Source of the DNA: Nitrososphaerota archaeon
GTDB lineage: Archaea > Thermoproteota > Nitrososphaeria > Nitrososphaerales > Nitrosopumilaceae
Assembly (NCBI GenBank): GCA_028867755.1
Contig: JAGWFT010000001.1
Location: 100,628-164,627, forward strand
Direction: 5' to 3'
Length of the DNA stretch: 64,000 bases
Shown: piece after piece, positions 38,657-48,887 of the stretch
Position numbering within the stretch: the stretch's first letter is position 1
How the letters are laid out: the number at the start of each line of letters is the position of its first letter
Program-made: the position numbers and the translations under genes
The notes under the pieces: model-generated
Told to the model about the DNA's origin: nothing
What the model saw: only the letters and a program-made list of their open reading frames with translations
Databases searched by the model: none

Positions 38657-39739
38657 TTGCAAAAAAGACAGTTTGTGGACACTGTATCAATTATTGCCAT
38701 TACAAAAAATGGAATCAAGATTGCCAAAAACTTGAAGGCCAAGTTTCCAGATTGGCAAGTCTTTGCCCCTTCCAAGTTTTCAAACAATGATTCTGAGATT
38801 AACTGGTTTGAGAATTCTACTACAGAAAAGATTGGCGAGCTGTTCAAAAAATACGAGGCACTTGTCTGCATCTTCTCGCTTGGTGCAGTGATACGTCTTG
38901 TGGCGCCGCACCTGAAGGACAAAAAGACAGACCCTGCAGTAGTAGTGATTGATGATACAAGTAAATTTGTGATAAGCACATTATCAGGACATCTAGGAGG
39001 TGCCAACAAGCTTGCAGAAGACATTGCAGGTATTCTTGGCGCAGTTCCTGTTATTACAACAGCTGCAGATGTAAACAAGACAATTGCAGTAGACTTGGTA
39101 GGAAAGGAGTTTGGGTGGAAGATAGATGACGATTCCACGGTAACAAAGATTAGCGCGTTTATGGTCAACGAGGAAAAGATAGGGGTCTTCCAAGATGCAG
39201 GCGAGAGTGATTGGTGGATGCCAAAAAAAGAGCTTCCAAAAAATGTCCACCTGTACCAAAGCCTTGAGGAGATGTCAAAGTCAGACTGTAAGGGATTTTT
39301 GATAATCTCAGACAAGATACTACAGGATAAACAGATGTTACAGCGTGCAGTTGTTTACAGGCCAAGGACACTTGTGGTCGGCGTTGGGTTGCACTGGGAT
39401 ACAAGCAAGGATACCATCAAAGAAGGCCTGGAGTTTTGCCTCTCAAAGTTTATGTTCAGCTCCAAGTCAGTTGCCAAGTTTGCATCAATAAAAAAAGAAG
39501 CCCAGGTAGCAGGATTGCGCGAGATGGCAGATGACATGCAAGTTCCAATAGATTACTTTGAAAAACAAGATCTTGCAGGAATTGCAATCCCAAATCCTTC
39601 AGATGTAGTACAAATATTTGAGGGAACGCCAAGTGTTTCAGAGGCGTCAGCAATCAAGAGTTCAGGCGGTACGCTTGTAATTGAAAAGCAGAAATTTCCC
39701 CCAAATCTTACAATTGCAGTTGCAAGGATGATAAAATGA
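38657..39739 (+). CDS. cbiG: Cobalt-precorrin-5A hydrolase
   Basis: KDKKTDPAVVVID, LSGHLGGAN, ITTAAD, GTPSVSEASA. Confidence 0.93.
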   Translation: MQKRQFVDTVSIIAITKNGIKIAKNLKAKFPDWQVFAPSKFSNNDSEINWFENSTTEKIGELFKKYEALVCIFSLGAVIRLVAPHLKDKKTDPAVVVIDDTSKFVISTLSGHLGGANKLAEDIAGILGAVPVITTAADVNKTIAVDLVGKEFGWKIDDDSTVTKISAFMVNEEKIGVFQDAGESDWWMPKKELPKNVHLYQSLEEMSKSDCKGFLIISDKILQDKQMLQRAVVYRPRTLVVGVGLHWDTSKDTIKEGLEFCLSKFMFSSKSVAKFASIKKEAQVAGLREMADDMQVPIDYFEKQDLAGIAIPNPSDVVQIFEGTPSVSEASAIKSSGGTLVIEKQKFPPNLTIAVARMIK

Positions 39740-40482
39740 AGCGAGGATTGTTGCTAATAGACAGGGGCAGTCATGAAGACGATGTAAGACAAGAGCTCCA
39801 ATACATATGTGACAAAGTAAAGCAAAAGGGAAACTATCACGTATCAGACTATTGTTTTTTAGAGGTAATACCGCCATATATCGAAGAAGGTGTAAATTCT
39901 TGCCTTTCTGCAGAGATTGACTCACTTACCATAGTGCCATACTTTTTGTATCCAGGAAGAAAGGTCAAGGCAGCAGTTAACACTGCAATAAGATTACAGT
40001 CAAAGACCAAGGTGAAATTAACCATATCAAAACCCATGAACCTGCACAAGTCTTTGATAAGGCTTGTAGACGAAAAGATACAGGGCATACTTGGAAAAAA
40101 CAATGTAGTTTCCACAAGAGATGGCGTAGATGTGTTAGTGATTGGACATGGCAGCAAGGACCCAAATGCAAGATCAGCTCTGAAATATGTAGCAGACGGG
40201 CTTGCCACATCATATCGAAATGTAAGCTATTGTTTTCTTGAGATCGAGGAGCCAAACATAAAGCAAGGAATCGATGCTTGCGTAAAAAATAATCCAGACT
40301 TTCTTGTTGTGGTGCCATATTTTTTGCACAAGGGAGCTCATGTAAAGCGCGATATCTATGAAGATCTCAATCCTGCCATTGCAAGTTCTGGAATAAAGAA
40401 CGTATTTTTTTCCGAACATCTTGGCATAGATGACAAGATGGTAGACCTAGTGCTTGAGAGGGCAAGGGAGGTTGAGAGATGA
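39736..40482 (+). CDS. cbiX: Sirohydrochlorin cobaltochelatase (two-domain CbiX)
   Basis: RGSH and GHGSK motifs; CFLE; PYFL..G.HVK.DI. Confidence 0.88.
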   Translation: MKRGLLLIDRGSHEDDVRQELQYICDKVKQKGNYHVSDYCFLEVIPPYIEEGVNSCLSAEIDSLTIVPYFLYPGRKVKAAVNTAIRLQSKTKVKLTISKPMNLHKSLIRLVDEKIQGILGKNNVVSTRDGVDVLVIGHGSKDPNARSALKYVADGLATSYRNVSYCFLEIEEPNIKQGIDACVKNNPDFLVVVPYFLHKGAHVKRDIYEDLNPAIASSGIKNVFFSEHLGIDDKMVDLVLERAREVER

Positions 40483-41117
40483 TCACACAAAAGGGCCAGT
40501 CAATAGAGGACAAGAGCATGGAAATAATAGAAAGTGAGATAGGTTCCCATCCTTACAGCCAAGACGAATGGACAATAGTGAAGCGAGTCATACACTCTAC
40601 AGCAGACTTTGACTTTGCAAGAGACAACAAGATAGTTTTCCACAAGCAAGCAATCAAGAATGCAACAAACGCCCTAAACAAAGGATGCAACATAATTGTT
40701 GATGTAAATGGTGTGGTTGGACTGTTAAACAAAGACAACTTGGGCAAGTTTGGAAACAATGTGATTTGTAATATATCAGATGATGCAGTTGTAGCTGAGG
40801 CAAAAAGATTGAACAAGACTCGTGCCCAGACTGCGATGCGAATGTCTGTAAAGGAAATGGATGGCGCAATTGTGGCAATAGGAAATGCTCCGACTGCACT
40901 CCAAGAAGTGATACAAATGGTAAAGGAAGGAATTACAAGGCCTGCTCTTGTTGTTGGAATACCTGTCGGATTTGTCTGTGCCGCAGAATCAAAAGAGGAG
41001 CTACGATCTGCTGATATACCATACATAACAAATCTTGGACGCAAGGGAGGCAGTCCGTGTGCGTCTGCTATTTTAAATGCACTTTACATTATATTAAAAC
41101 AAAAGTTATCTTCTTGA
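40479..41117 (+). CDS. cbiC: Precorrin-8X/cobalt-precorrin-8 methylmutase
   Basis: RVIHSTADF, AIGNAPTAL, GIPVGFV, GRKGGS. Confidence 0.93.
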   Translation: MITQKGQSIEDKSMEIIESEIGSHPYSQDEWTIVKRVIHSTADFDFARDNKIVFHKQAIKNATNALNKGCNIIVDVNGVVGLLNKDNLGKFGNNVICNISDDAVVAEAKRLNKTRAQTAMRMSVKEMDGAIVAIGNAPTALQEVIQMVKEGITRPALVVGIPVGFVCAAESKEELRSADIPYITNLGRKGGSPCASAILNALYIILKQKLSS

Positions 41118-42461
41118 GAACTTGATACAGCTCTCAACCAAAGTCTTTGCAATATTTGGCAAGGCAAAATGCATGTGCATGTATGATGCAAGTGTGTTGT
41201 ATTGCATAATGCCATCTTTCTTTTCTCTTATGCCTATGCCAATATCCATCTCGTAGGAAAATTTAGAATCTTTTGATATAGACTCTAGTTCAGAGAAATG
41301 AAATTCATGGCCACACAGGTTTCCATTTGCCTTTGACACTACACATGGCTTTGACACTCTGGCTTTGGTATAGTTGAGCTTTAGTTTTTTCTGCATGACA
41401 GTGTCTGCCTCATAGAGTCCAATCATCTTGAATTTTTTCTCCTTGTATCTAATTGACCTTGTTAGGTACATCAACCCCCCACATTCTGCATAGATTGGCA
41501 GCCCGTCCTCTGCTTTTTCCTTTATCTCCTTTTTCATGGAACTATTTCTTTCAAGCATGTCGCCTTTTACTTCGGGAAATCCACCACCAATATAGAGACC
41601 TTCACATGATGGAATCTTTTTGTCATGAACAGGACTAAAAAATTCAAGTGATGCTCCTGCCTTTTGCAGTGAGTCAAGATTTTCCCGATAGTAAAAATTG
41701 AATGACTCGTCAAGTGCTACTGCAATTTTTGTCCTTTGTTTTGCAATATTTTCTTGTGGTATGGATGGCAATCTTGGAGCCTTGTTGCTTGTCTGGATAA
41801 TTTTTTCAATGTCGATGTAATCAGAATATGATTTTGCAATGGATTTTATTTTTTTCTCAAGTGATTTTATCTCATTTACTGGTATCAACCCAAGATGTCT
41901 TGATTCCAAGCTTTGGTTGGTATCTCGTGGAATCACGCCAACAATTGGAATCCCAAGTTTTGACAGGGCTTGCCTGCAAAGATCCTCGTGCTTTTTGCTT
42001 CCAATTTTGTTTAGTATGAGGCCTGCAATTCTAGAGTTTTTATGAAACTTTACAAACCCCAAAGCAGTTGCGGCAATAGAGCGAGCCGCCTTGCTTGCAT
42101 CAAGTATTAGGATGACTTGAGATTTTACAATGTTTGCTATGTGGTGTGTGCTTGCAAAGTTAGAGCCTCCTGCAAGTCCATCATAATACCCCATAACCCC
42201 CTCTATTACTGATATATCATCATGCGAATGCTGTACAAAGTCTTTGAGCACGCCGCGCTCCCCCATTAGCCATGCGTCAAGATTTCTTGCAGGTCTGCCA
42301 GACACTGCAGAAAGATATGTCGGGTCAATAAAGTCAGGTCCAACCTTGAACGGCTGTACCGAATACCCTTGCTTTTTCATGCCATGTATAATTGCAGCAG
42401 TAATCGATGTCTTGCCAACACCGCTGCTAGTACCAGAAAGAACTATCCTAGGTATCTTCAA
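41106..42461 (-). CDS. cbiA: Cobyrinate a,c-diamide synthase
   Basis: SGVGKT, FKVGPDFIDP, EGVMG, YAECGG, GHEFH. Confidence 0.93.
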   Translation of the reverse strand: MKIPRIVLSGTSSGVGKTSITAAIIHGMKKQGYSVQPFKVGPDFIDPTYLSAVSGRPARNLDAWLMGERGVLKDFVQHSHDDISVIEGVMGYYDGLAGGSNFASTHHIANIVKSQVILILDASKAARSIAATALGFVKFHKNSRIAGLILNKIGSKKHEDLCRQALSKLGIPIVGVIPRDTNQSLESRHLGLIPVNEIKSLEKKIKSIAKSYSDYIDIEKIIQTSNKAPRLPSIPQENIAKQRTKIAVALDESFNFYYRENLDSLQKAGASLEFFSPVHDKKIPSCEGLYIGGGFPEVKGDMLERNSSMKKEIKEKAEDGLPIYAECGGLMYLTRSIRYKEKKFKMIGLYEADTVMQKKLKLNYTKARVSKPCVVSKANGNLCGHEFHFSELESISKDSKFSYEMDIGIGIREKKDGIMQYNTLASYMHMHFALPNIAKTLVESCIKFSRR

Positions 42462-42498
42462 CTCTTACGCCTGCCTCAACCTTGACCCAAGCTGGTAT

Positions 42499-43731
42499 TC
42501 AATTTTCTTGCGATGGCATACTGCCACTGTCCTTTACCAGACTGAAGAGTTGACGTATTGCAAGTTTTGGATGGTTTGCTGCAAGCTTTATCATATTTGC
42601 CAATCCAAACTCTGCTTTTACAAAGTCCAAAAATTCTTCTGCAGAAAGCTCATCAATTATCCCAATTTCTTTGTCCCATTCTTCGTCAGTAAGGCCAAGC
42701 CACCTGTACTGCACCTTTATTGCAGAAGCAATCTTGGAACCTATCGCTTTTTTCATGGAATCTTCATATGGTTTCAAAGATTTTTTTGACGTGTCCCCCG
42801 AGAAGACAGCGTTTGCAGCTACTTGTCCTGCCTTTCTTCCAAATTCAATTGCATATCTTATTCCTTCTAAGACAAGCGGATTTGCCTGGCCTGCAGAATC
42901 TCCCACAAGTATTAGATTGTTATCTATAGTTGAAGGTCTGAGTCCCTCGTTTGGAATCAGGCCATAATGAAATTCAACAGGAACTATTCTGCCAAGCTCA
43001 TCGAGCGGCTTTGGTCTTTTCTCAAGCAACTCTAAGAGTCGTTGTGTTGCGTCTGCCTGCGACTCTGGCTTGCCAACACCGACACCTATTCGGATCTTGT
43101 TTGGCCCCAGCGGAAAGATCCAAGCATATCCAGCAGGAGAATAATTCTGGCCAACCATAAGATACCATGTCTTTTGGTCTATCTTTTCCACATAGGCCTC
43201 ATATTCTGCTCCGGCCCCAAACCTCTTCCATTGTGATACAAGTCCTGTAGATTTTGCCACAACAGAGTAAAACCCACTTGCATCAATAACAATTTTTGAG
43301 CGAAATACAAGATCTTCTTTCAGAGAAGTTGCCTTTACCCCACACAATTTTTTGTCTTCTGTTATGACATCAGTAACACCAGTTCTCAAAAATATGTCAG
43401 CACCAGCACTGGCTGCTTGGTATGCAAGAAACTGGTATGTCTTTCTTACATCAAGTACTGCCACTTCGGGCTCTTTGCTTTTTTTTAATATCATATTGTT
43501 TGGAGAGTAGAACGCATAGTTTTGTATCGGATTGTAATATTCTGTAGGAATGCCAAAGGACTTGGCTTCCTTTATCCAAGTAACCCCGCTTGTCCTTACA
43601 CTCTGTCCTATTGCCTCATCTCTCTCAAGTACTGCCACTTTTGCCCCCTTTTTTGCTGCACTCCATCCAGCAGAAAGACCTGCTGGACCTCCCCCAACCA
43701 CAACTATATCATACTCATAATTTCTCGTCAT
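42499..43731 (-). CDS. Geranylgeranyl reductase-family FAD oxidoreductase
   Basis: GGGPAG, PAGYAWIFP, GDSAGQANPLVLEGI. Confidence 0.85.
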   Translation of the reverse strand: MTRNYEYDIVVVGGGPAGLSAGWSAAKKGAKVAVLERDEAIGQSVRTSGVTWIKEAKSFGIPTEYYNPIQNYAFYSPNNMILKKSKEPEVAVLDVRKTYQFLAYQAASAGADIFLRTGVTDVITEDKKLCGVKATSLKEDLVFRSKIVIDASGFYSVVAKSTGLVSQWKRFGAGAEYEAYVEKIDQKTWYLMVGQNYSPAGYAWIFPLGPNKIRIGVGVGKPESQADATQRLLELLEKRPKPLDELGRIVPVEFHYGLIPNEGLRPSTIDNNLILVGDSAGQANPLVLEGIRYAIEFGRKAGQVAANAVFSGDTSKKSLKPYEDSMKKAIGSKIASAIKVQYRWLGLTDEEWDKEIGIIDELSAEEFLDFVKAEFGLANMIKLAANHPKLAIRQLFSLVKDSGSMPSQEN

Positions 43732-43827
43732 TGATTGTCTATGGGACCTGGCTTGCAGTAATAATTCTTTTTTTGAAATTCATCCTAAAGCGTCAGATTT
43801 TTACTAGTCACAGTAAAACTATTCTTG

Positions 43828-44361
43828 ATGGAAAAAGATGGGCTGGTAATTGTCTATACGGGCAAGGGCAAAGGAAAGACAACTGCTGCGCTTGGAATGG
43901 CGCTTCGTGCAGTAGGATACGATTACAAGATTTGTATGATTCAGTTCATCAAGGGCTCGTGGCATTATGGCGAGATGACCTCGTCAAAAAGACTAGAACC
44001 AGAGTTTGAGCTTACTGCAGTAGGGAAAGGATTTGTTGGAATAATGGATGACAAGAGCCCTATTGAGGATCATAAAAAAATTGCAGACGAGGCACTTACT
44101 ATAGCAAAAGAAAAAATAGATTCAAAAAAATATGACATTATAATTTTAGACGAGATAAATTATGCAGTAAATCTCGGATTGGTAAAGCTTGATGATGTAC
44201 TGAATTTAATCAAAACAAAACCATCAAATGTTAATCTAGTGCTGACAGGAAATCATGTCAAAGATGAGATAATAGAAATAGCTGACCTTGTGACAGAGAT
44301 GAGAGAGATAAAACATCCATTCAAGTCTGGCATCAGAGCAAAAAAAGGAATAGATTTCTAA
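43828..44361 (+). CDS. cobO: Cob(I)yrinic acid a,c-diamide adenosyltransferase
   Basis: YTGKGKGKTTAALG, IQFIKG, LDEIN, TG, ADLVTEM..KHPF..G..A.KGIDF. Confidence 0.92.
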   Translation: MEKDGLVIVYTGKGKGKTTAALGMALRAVGYDYKICMIQFIKGSWHYGEMTSSKRLEPEFELTAVGKGFVGIMDDKSPIEDHKKIADEALTIAKEKIDSKKYDIIILDEINYAVNLGLVKLDDVLNLIKTKPSNVNLVLTGNHVKDEIIEIADLVTEMREIKHPFKSGIRAKKGIDF

Positions 44362-44390
44362 GCAGCAACATTAAATTACGTACCTAAAAG

Positions 44391-45200
44391 TTGAAGACTA
44401 TGACAACTGCCATACAAGAATTTCCTGAAGTTGGAGAAATTGTTGTTGCCACAATTACTAGGATTATGGCCCAAGGCGCTTACGTAACACTTGACGAATA
44501 CAACGGTATCCAAGGATTCTTGCATGTATCAGAGATTGCTACTGGTTGGATTAGAAATGTAGAAAAGTTTCTCAAGACAGGGGAAAAAAAAGTACTTTTA
44601 GTAAAACGTGTTGACCCAAGAAGATCTGAGATTGATCTTTCCTTAAAGCAAATTTCAACAGACCAGAAAAAGAAAAAGCTGCTTGAGATAAAGCGCGGAG
44701 AAAAAGAAAGAGCCCTGATGGATAACCTCAAGACAAAGGCCAACTTGTCCGCAAGTGATACAGAAAAAATTGAAAATATACTAGTAGAAAAGTTTGATTC
44801 AGTATACAGTGCCTTCAGCGAGGTGGCTGCAAAGGGCGCCCTAGTTTTGAATGGTCTTGGAATATCAGAGAAGATAGTTGCAGCAATTGCTGAGCTTAGC
44901 TCAAAGATGCAGATTCCCTATGTAGAGATAAGGGGAGTATTGGACCTTACCTCCACCAAGCCTGATGGAATTGAGATAATCAAGCGAGCCTTGCTTGCAG
45001 CGTCTGAAAATAAGAAAGTAACTGTATCCATAACGTACATTGGAGCGCCCAAGTATCGCCTCAGCATTATCGCACAAAATTTCAAGGATGCCGAGAAAGA
45101 GCTAAAGCCTATTCTTGAGTCAATTGAGAAGACTATCGAAAAGAGCGGTGGAACCTTCAAGTTTACAAGAGAAGAATCAAAGAAAACAAGAGAGGGCTAG
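44391..45200 (+). CDS. eif2a: Translation initiation factor 2 subunit alpha
   Basis: S1 domain (FPEVGE, LDEY, LHVSEI, IDLSLK); IGAPKYR; ATG at 44400 is an alternative start. Confidence 0.95.
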   Translation: MKTMTTAIQEFPEVGEIVVATITRIMAQGAYVTLDEYNGIQGFLHVSEIATGWIRNVEKFLKTGEKKVLLVKRVDPRRSEIDLSLKQISTDQKKKKLLEIKRGEKERALMDNLKTKANLSASDTEKIENILVEKFDSVYSAFSEVAAKGALVLNGLGISEKIVAAIAELSSKMQIPYVEIRGVLDLTSTKPDGIEIIKRALLAASENKKVTVSITYIGAPKYRLSIIAQNFKDAEKELKPILESIEKTIEKSGGTFKFTREESKKTREG

Positions 45201-45201
45201 C

Positions 45202-45357
45202 ATGAAATTTCAGATGCGCAAGTGCACCAACTGCAAGAGATACACACTAAAAGACATGTGCCCCAAGTGCGGAAGCAGTACAACAAGTGTTCATCCTGGA
45301 AAATATTCTCCTGATGACAAGTATGCAAGATATCGGATATCTGACAGATACAAGTAA
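45202..45357 (+). CDS. nop10: Ribosome biogenesis protein Nop10
   Basis: MKFQMRKCTNCKRYTLKDMCPKCG...HPGKYSPDDKYARYR, directly after aIF2-alpha. Confidence 0.93.
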   Translation: MKFQMRKCTNCKRYTLKDMCPKCGSSTTSVHPGKYSPDDKYARYRISDRYK

Positions 45358-45360
45358 AAA

Positions 45361-48144
45361 TTACTTGCCAGTACTATTAGTTGACAGGGCCTTTATTGTT
45401 ATTATGCGAGCATCATCTGGATTTGCTGGCTGGCTATTTGAGTTGGTCGGCAGTGCAGCTATCTTGTCTACCACATCTTTGCCAGATGTTACCTGACCAA
45501 ATAGAGTGTACTTGCCATTTAGGAAGCTTGCATCACCAACTGTTATGAAGAATTGTGAGCTTCCACTGTTAACATCTTGGCCTCTTGCCATTCCAAGAGT
45601 ATATGACGTAAAGTTTAGGTCGCTAAACTCTGGAGGTATTGTATATCCAGCATCTCCTGTCCCCCAAGTATCTGGAGAGCCTGCCTTGGAGTTAGGATCT
45701 CCGCCCTGTATTACAAATCCAGGAACTATTCTGTGGAACAACGTTCCATTATAGAAACCAGAGTTGGCCAGTTTCTCAAAGTTGGCAACTGTCTTTGGTG
45801 CCACATCATTGAATAATTTTAACGTAATGTCTCCATACTTTGTGGTAATTACTGCAGTATCACCAGTTGTTGTAGATGAACTATTTGCTATCACAACCTT
45901 TGGTATAACTGGTTGCTGGGTGGCAGTAGTATTCTGCTGTTGGCTGGTGTTTGCTTGTCTGATATAGTTTGCATTGACTTGGTAAATCAATACACCTGAG
46001 AAGACTCCAGAGTCAGTCCTGTTTAGGCTAGATGACTGGTACACAAGTTTGAGAGGACCATTTCCGTTTTCAGGATACTTGATATTTTTTGCATAGATTG
46101 CATCATATCCAGATTGGTAGGTCTGAGACTCTGAATGAGTGGTTGGATCATAATACGTTACGGGAGTAAAGGGAAACATGTGCCCAAGCAATGTATTTTG
46201 CCAGAAATAGTCAGTTGGGGTAAACTCGTCAGGCTGGAGAAAAGTTGCTTCGTTCTCGCGTGCAATTTTAATGAACCATTGTTTCTTGCTTTCATCCCCG
46301 CCGCCTCCAAGTACATACAGATCCTGGTTATTTGATGTAAATTTCTGCCCAACTACATATACTACAACATAGTCTGCATGCATGTCTCTTAGCATCTTCC
46401 AAGCATCGTCAGGGGAGCTTAGAAACATCTTTGCAATTCCTGCAATTTTGCTTGTATCTACTGTAGCGTTATCAACAAAAGTTATTCTGTTTCCTAAAGT
46501 TTGTATCCAGTAACCATAATCCCACCATGAAGCTATTACCGAGTTTGGCGGGGTGTTGGTCTTTAGCCAATTCATAGCATCAGGCCAATCAGTTGTTGCA
46601 ATTGCAAAATTAGAACCTCCGTTGAGTATTGTTGGAGGAGCTTTTACCATGGATATCCAGTTTGCACCTACAGGAAATATTGTAGGAACCAATAGCAAGG
46701 CCACAATTACTACTACAAAGGATATCTTTGGAACCCTGCCAAGCAAGACTAGACCCTTTTTTGTCTGGGTTGTTTTCTTTTTTGATAATTCTTTTGGAGC
46801 TTCTGTCATTGTCGATTTTGTTTCTTTTTTGAATATTTCTGATGTCATGGCTGTCAGTCCAATTGATGCAAGTACAATTACAGAGCATGCTGTCAGTAAT
46901 TCTAATCTAGAAAATGTCGAACCGGCATATGCACCTACTATTCCAAGAATGAGAGCAAAGATTATCATCTCATTTTTAATATTAAACGGCAAAGAGTTGA
47001 TGCGATCATCTTTCTTTCTGAAGATGAGCCATATTCCAAATCCTGCAAATAGCATCAGAATCGAAAAGTAAGTAAAGTTTTGTGCCAGAGTTGGTGTGGC
47101 ATGTTCTGCAACAGAATCTACCAATGGATCCTCAGAAGTCAGGAACGGATCAATTGCATTCATGTAACGGAAACTAGCAGAATGAAGTACTCCTGATGCA
47201 AAGATGGCGCCGCCAATAACTACACATGCTGCCAGAACCAATAGGCTGTTACGTATCTTGACTTGGTCCTTGCTGAACTTTTGAACAAAAATTATTATGG
47301 CCATCAGTATGGTCGGTCCAATGAGAACAAAGCCTCTTTCGCCAAATACAAAAGTCGGTCCAGGTCTTGCAAACACACCTCCCGATATGGCCATCGTTAT
47401 AGCTACAAAAAATGGAATTGCCCACAGTAAGAAATTATAATCTTTTCGTAAAAATGGCAACACAACAACAAAGATTCCCATTGGTATCAAAAAGAACTCT
47501 ACTCCTCCCCAAGAAGCAAAGCCTAGGCTTAGAAATCCTGCTCCACCAAAGAGTTTGGCAATTGCAACTTTTCGATTCTCAGACCTGATGCCGCTAAGAA
47601 ATAGGTATATCCCCAATAATCCATAAAAGAGTCCAAGCGGTTCAGACTTGAACCATCCTATTGTTCCTCTCACTATTATGGGCGGAGAGATTGCAAAAAA
47701 GAGAGATGCAAAAAGACCAGATGTTGTTCCACCTATGACTCTTACCAAGGCAAATATGATTATAGTGGTTAGGGAGCCAAATACTACAGGAAATATTATC
47801 GTGAAATCATAAAGACTCATTCCACCGCCAAAGATTTTGTACATGATGGCATCAGTGAAGTGGAGCGGAACCTGGGCGTTGGTAAAGACATCCCTGCCTT
47901 GCGGATACCAACTCATGGTGTCATGCCAGTGAATATATGCATTGACACCATTGTCTAGCAAGTATTCTGTTGCTCTAAAGTTAAAGTAGGGATCAAACTC
48001 GTTTAACTGAAAGCCATAGTCTGCAGCCTGCGATCGTATCATTACAGAGATGGAAAAAGATGCTACAAGTATTCCAATCACAAGCAAGTGTCGTAAATTA
48101 AAATCACGATTTCCTATCGTGAACAGTTTTCTATCCTGAATCAA
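45361..48144 (-). CDS. aglB: Oligosaccharyltransferase AglB (STT3) fused to a C-terminal cyclophilin PPIase
   Basis: EFDPYFN, SEPL, VAEH, SWWDYGY, VDNAT; then APKTVANF, FHRIVPGFVIQGGDP, GSQFFIT, YTLFGQV. Confidence 0.92.
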   Translation of the reverse strand: MIQDRKLFTIGNRDFNLRHLLVIGILVASFSISVMIRSQAADYGFQLNEFDPYFNFRATEYLLDNGVNAYIHWHDTMSWYPQGRDVFTNAQVPLHFTDAIMYKIFGGGMSLYDFTIIFPVVFGSLTTIIIFALVRVIGGTTSGLFASLFFAISPPIIVRGTIGWFKSEPLGLFYGLLGIYLFLSGIRSENRKVAIAKLFGGAGFLSLGFASWGGVEFFLIPMGIFVVVLPFLRKDYNFLLWAIPFFVAITMAISGGVFARPGPTFVFGERGFVLIGPTILMAIIIFVQKFSKDQVKIRNSLLVLAACVVIGGAIFASGVLHSASFRYMNAIDPFLTSEDPLVDSVAEHATPTLAQNFTYFSILMLFAGFGIWLIFRKKDDRINSLPFNIKNEMIIFALILGIVGAYAGSTFSRLELLTACSVIVLASIGLTAMTSEIFKKETKSTMTEAPKELSKKKTTQTKKGLVLLGRVPKISFVVVIVALLLVPTIFPVGANWISMVKAPPTILNGGSNFAIATTDWPDAMNWLKTNTPPNSVIASWWDYGYWIQTLGNRITFVDNATVDTSKIAGIAKMFLSSPDDAWKMLRDMHADYVVVYVVGQKFTSNNQDLYVLGGGGDESKKQWFIKIARENEATFLQPDEFTPTDYFWQNTLLGHMFPFTPVTYYDPTTHSESQTYQSGYDAIYAKNIKYPENGNGPLKLVYQSSSLNRTDSGVFSGVLIYQVNANYIRQANTSQQQNTTATQQPVIPKVVIANSSSTTTGDTAVITTKYGDITLKLFNDVAPKTVANFEKLANSGFYNGTLFHRIVPGFVIQGGDPNSKAGSPDTWGTGDAGYTIPPEFSDLNFTSYTLGMARGQDVNSGSSQFFITVGDASFLNGKYTLFGQVTSGKDVVDKIAALPTNSNSQPANPDDARIITIKALSTNSTGK

Positions 48145-48202
48145 CTAGCTTTTGATGAAATTCACTCTGTTTATTACTCTTTTGGGCTCCTGATGTTATG
48201 AC

Positions 48203-48862
48203 CTAGGATTCTTTTGTAGGTACGTATACCTCACATGATGTCACAGAGTTCTTGAATTCCTGAGCATCCTGCTGGCTTCCCACAATTGTACCATAATGCA
48301 TTGGTATTGCAATCTTTGGTTTTATTGCATCTACTGCTCTTGCAGCTTCTCGTGCAGTCATGACATATGTCCCGCTTACTGGAACCAGCAACACATCTGG
48401 TTGCAAATTACTCATCTCCATAACTAGATCAGAGTCTCCTGTGTGGTATATTGTTGTGCCCTTGATATTAATCAGAAACCCAATCTTATTATCCTCTTTT
48501 GGGTGAAATGGCTTTTTTGTGTCAGGATTTATTTTGTCTATGTTATAGGCTGCAACCCCACATATCTTTATTCCATGTACAATCTTTTCCTCCCCAGGGG
48601 ACAGGCTTATCTTTTCCTTAAATGGTACACCTGTCAGCTTATTTACACATTCTTTTGCTGCCACAATAATTGTCCTCTCAGACGAGACCTTTCCCAGGTC
48701 CTCTATGCTCATGTGATCAAAATGCTCATGGGATATTAGCACCATATCTGCCTCAAGCGGCTTTGATATTTTGTAAGGATCAATTATTATCTTAAAATCT
48801 TTTTCAAGCAAGAAGGTATCATGGCCAAGCCATTTTATTTTAATGCCTTTGTACTCTAGCAT
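48203..48862 (-). CDS. MBL-fold metal-dependent hydrolase (UPF0173-like)
   Basis: WLGH, DPY, SHEHFDH, YHTGDS, IPMHYG. Confidence 0.9.
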   Translation of the reverse strand: MLEYKGIKIKWLGHDTFLLEKDFKIIIDPYKISKPLEADMVLISHEHFDHMSIEDLGKVSSERTIIVAAKECVNKLTGVPFKEKISLSPGEEKIVHGIKICGVAAYNIDKINPDTKKPFHPKEDNKIGFLINIKGTTIYHTGDSDLVMEMSNLQPDVLLVPVSGTYVMTAREAARAVDAIKPKIAIPMHYGTIVGSQQDAQEFKNSVTSCEVYVPTKES

Positions 48863-48887
48863 ATTTTTAATATTGCTTTTGATAAAA

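Noticed and set aside
37546-44361. Cobalamin cluster as unusual
   Set aside because: Anaerobic-route cobalamin synthesis is well established in Nitrososphaerota.
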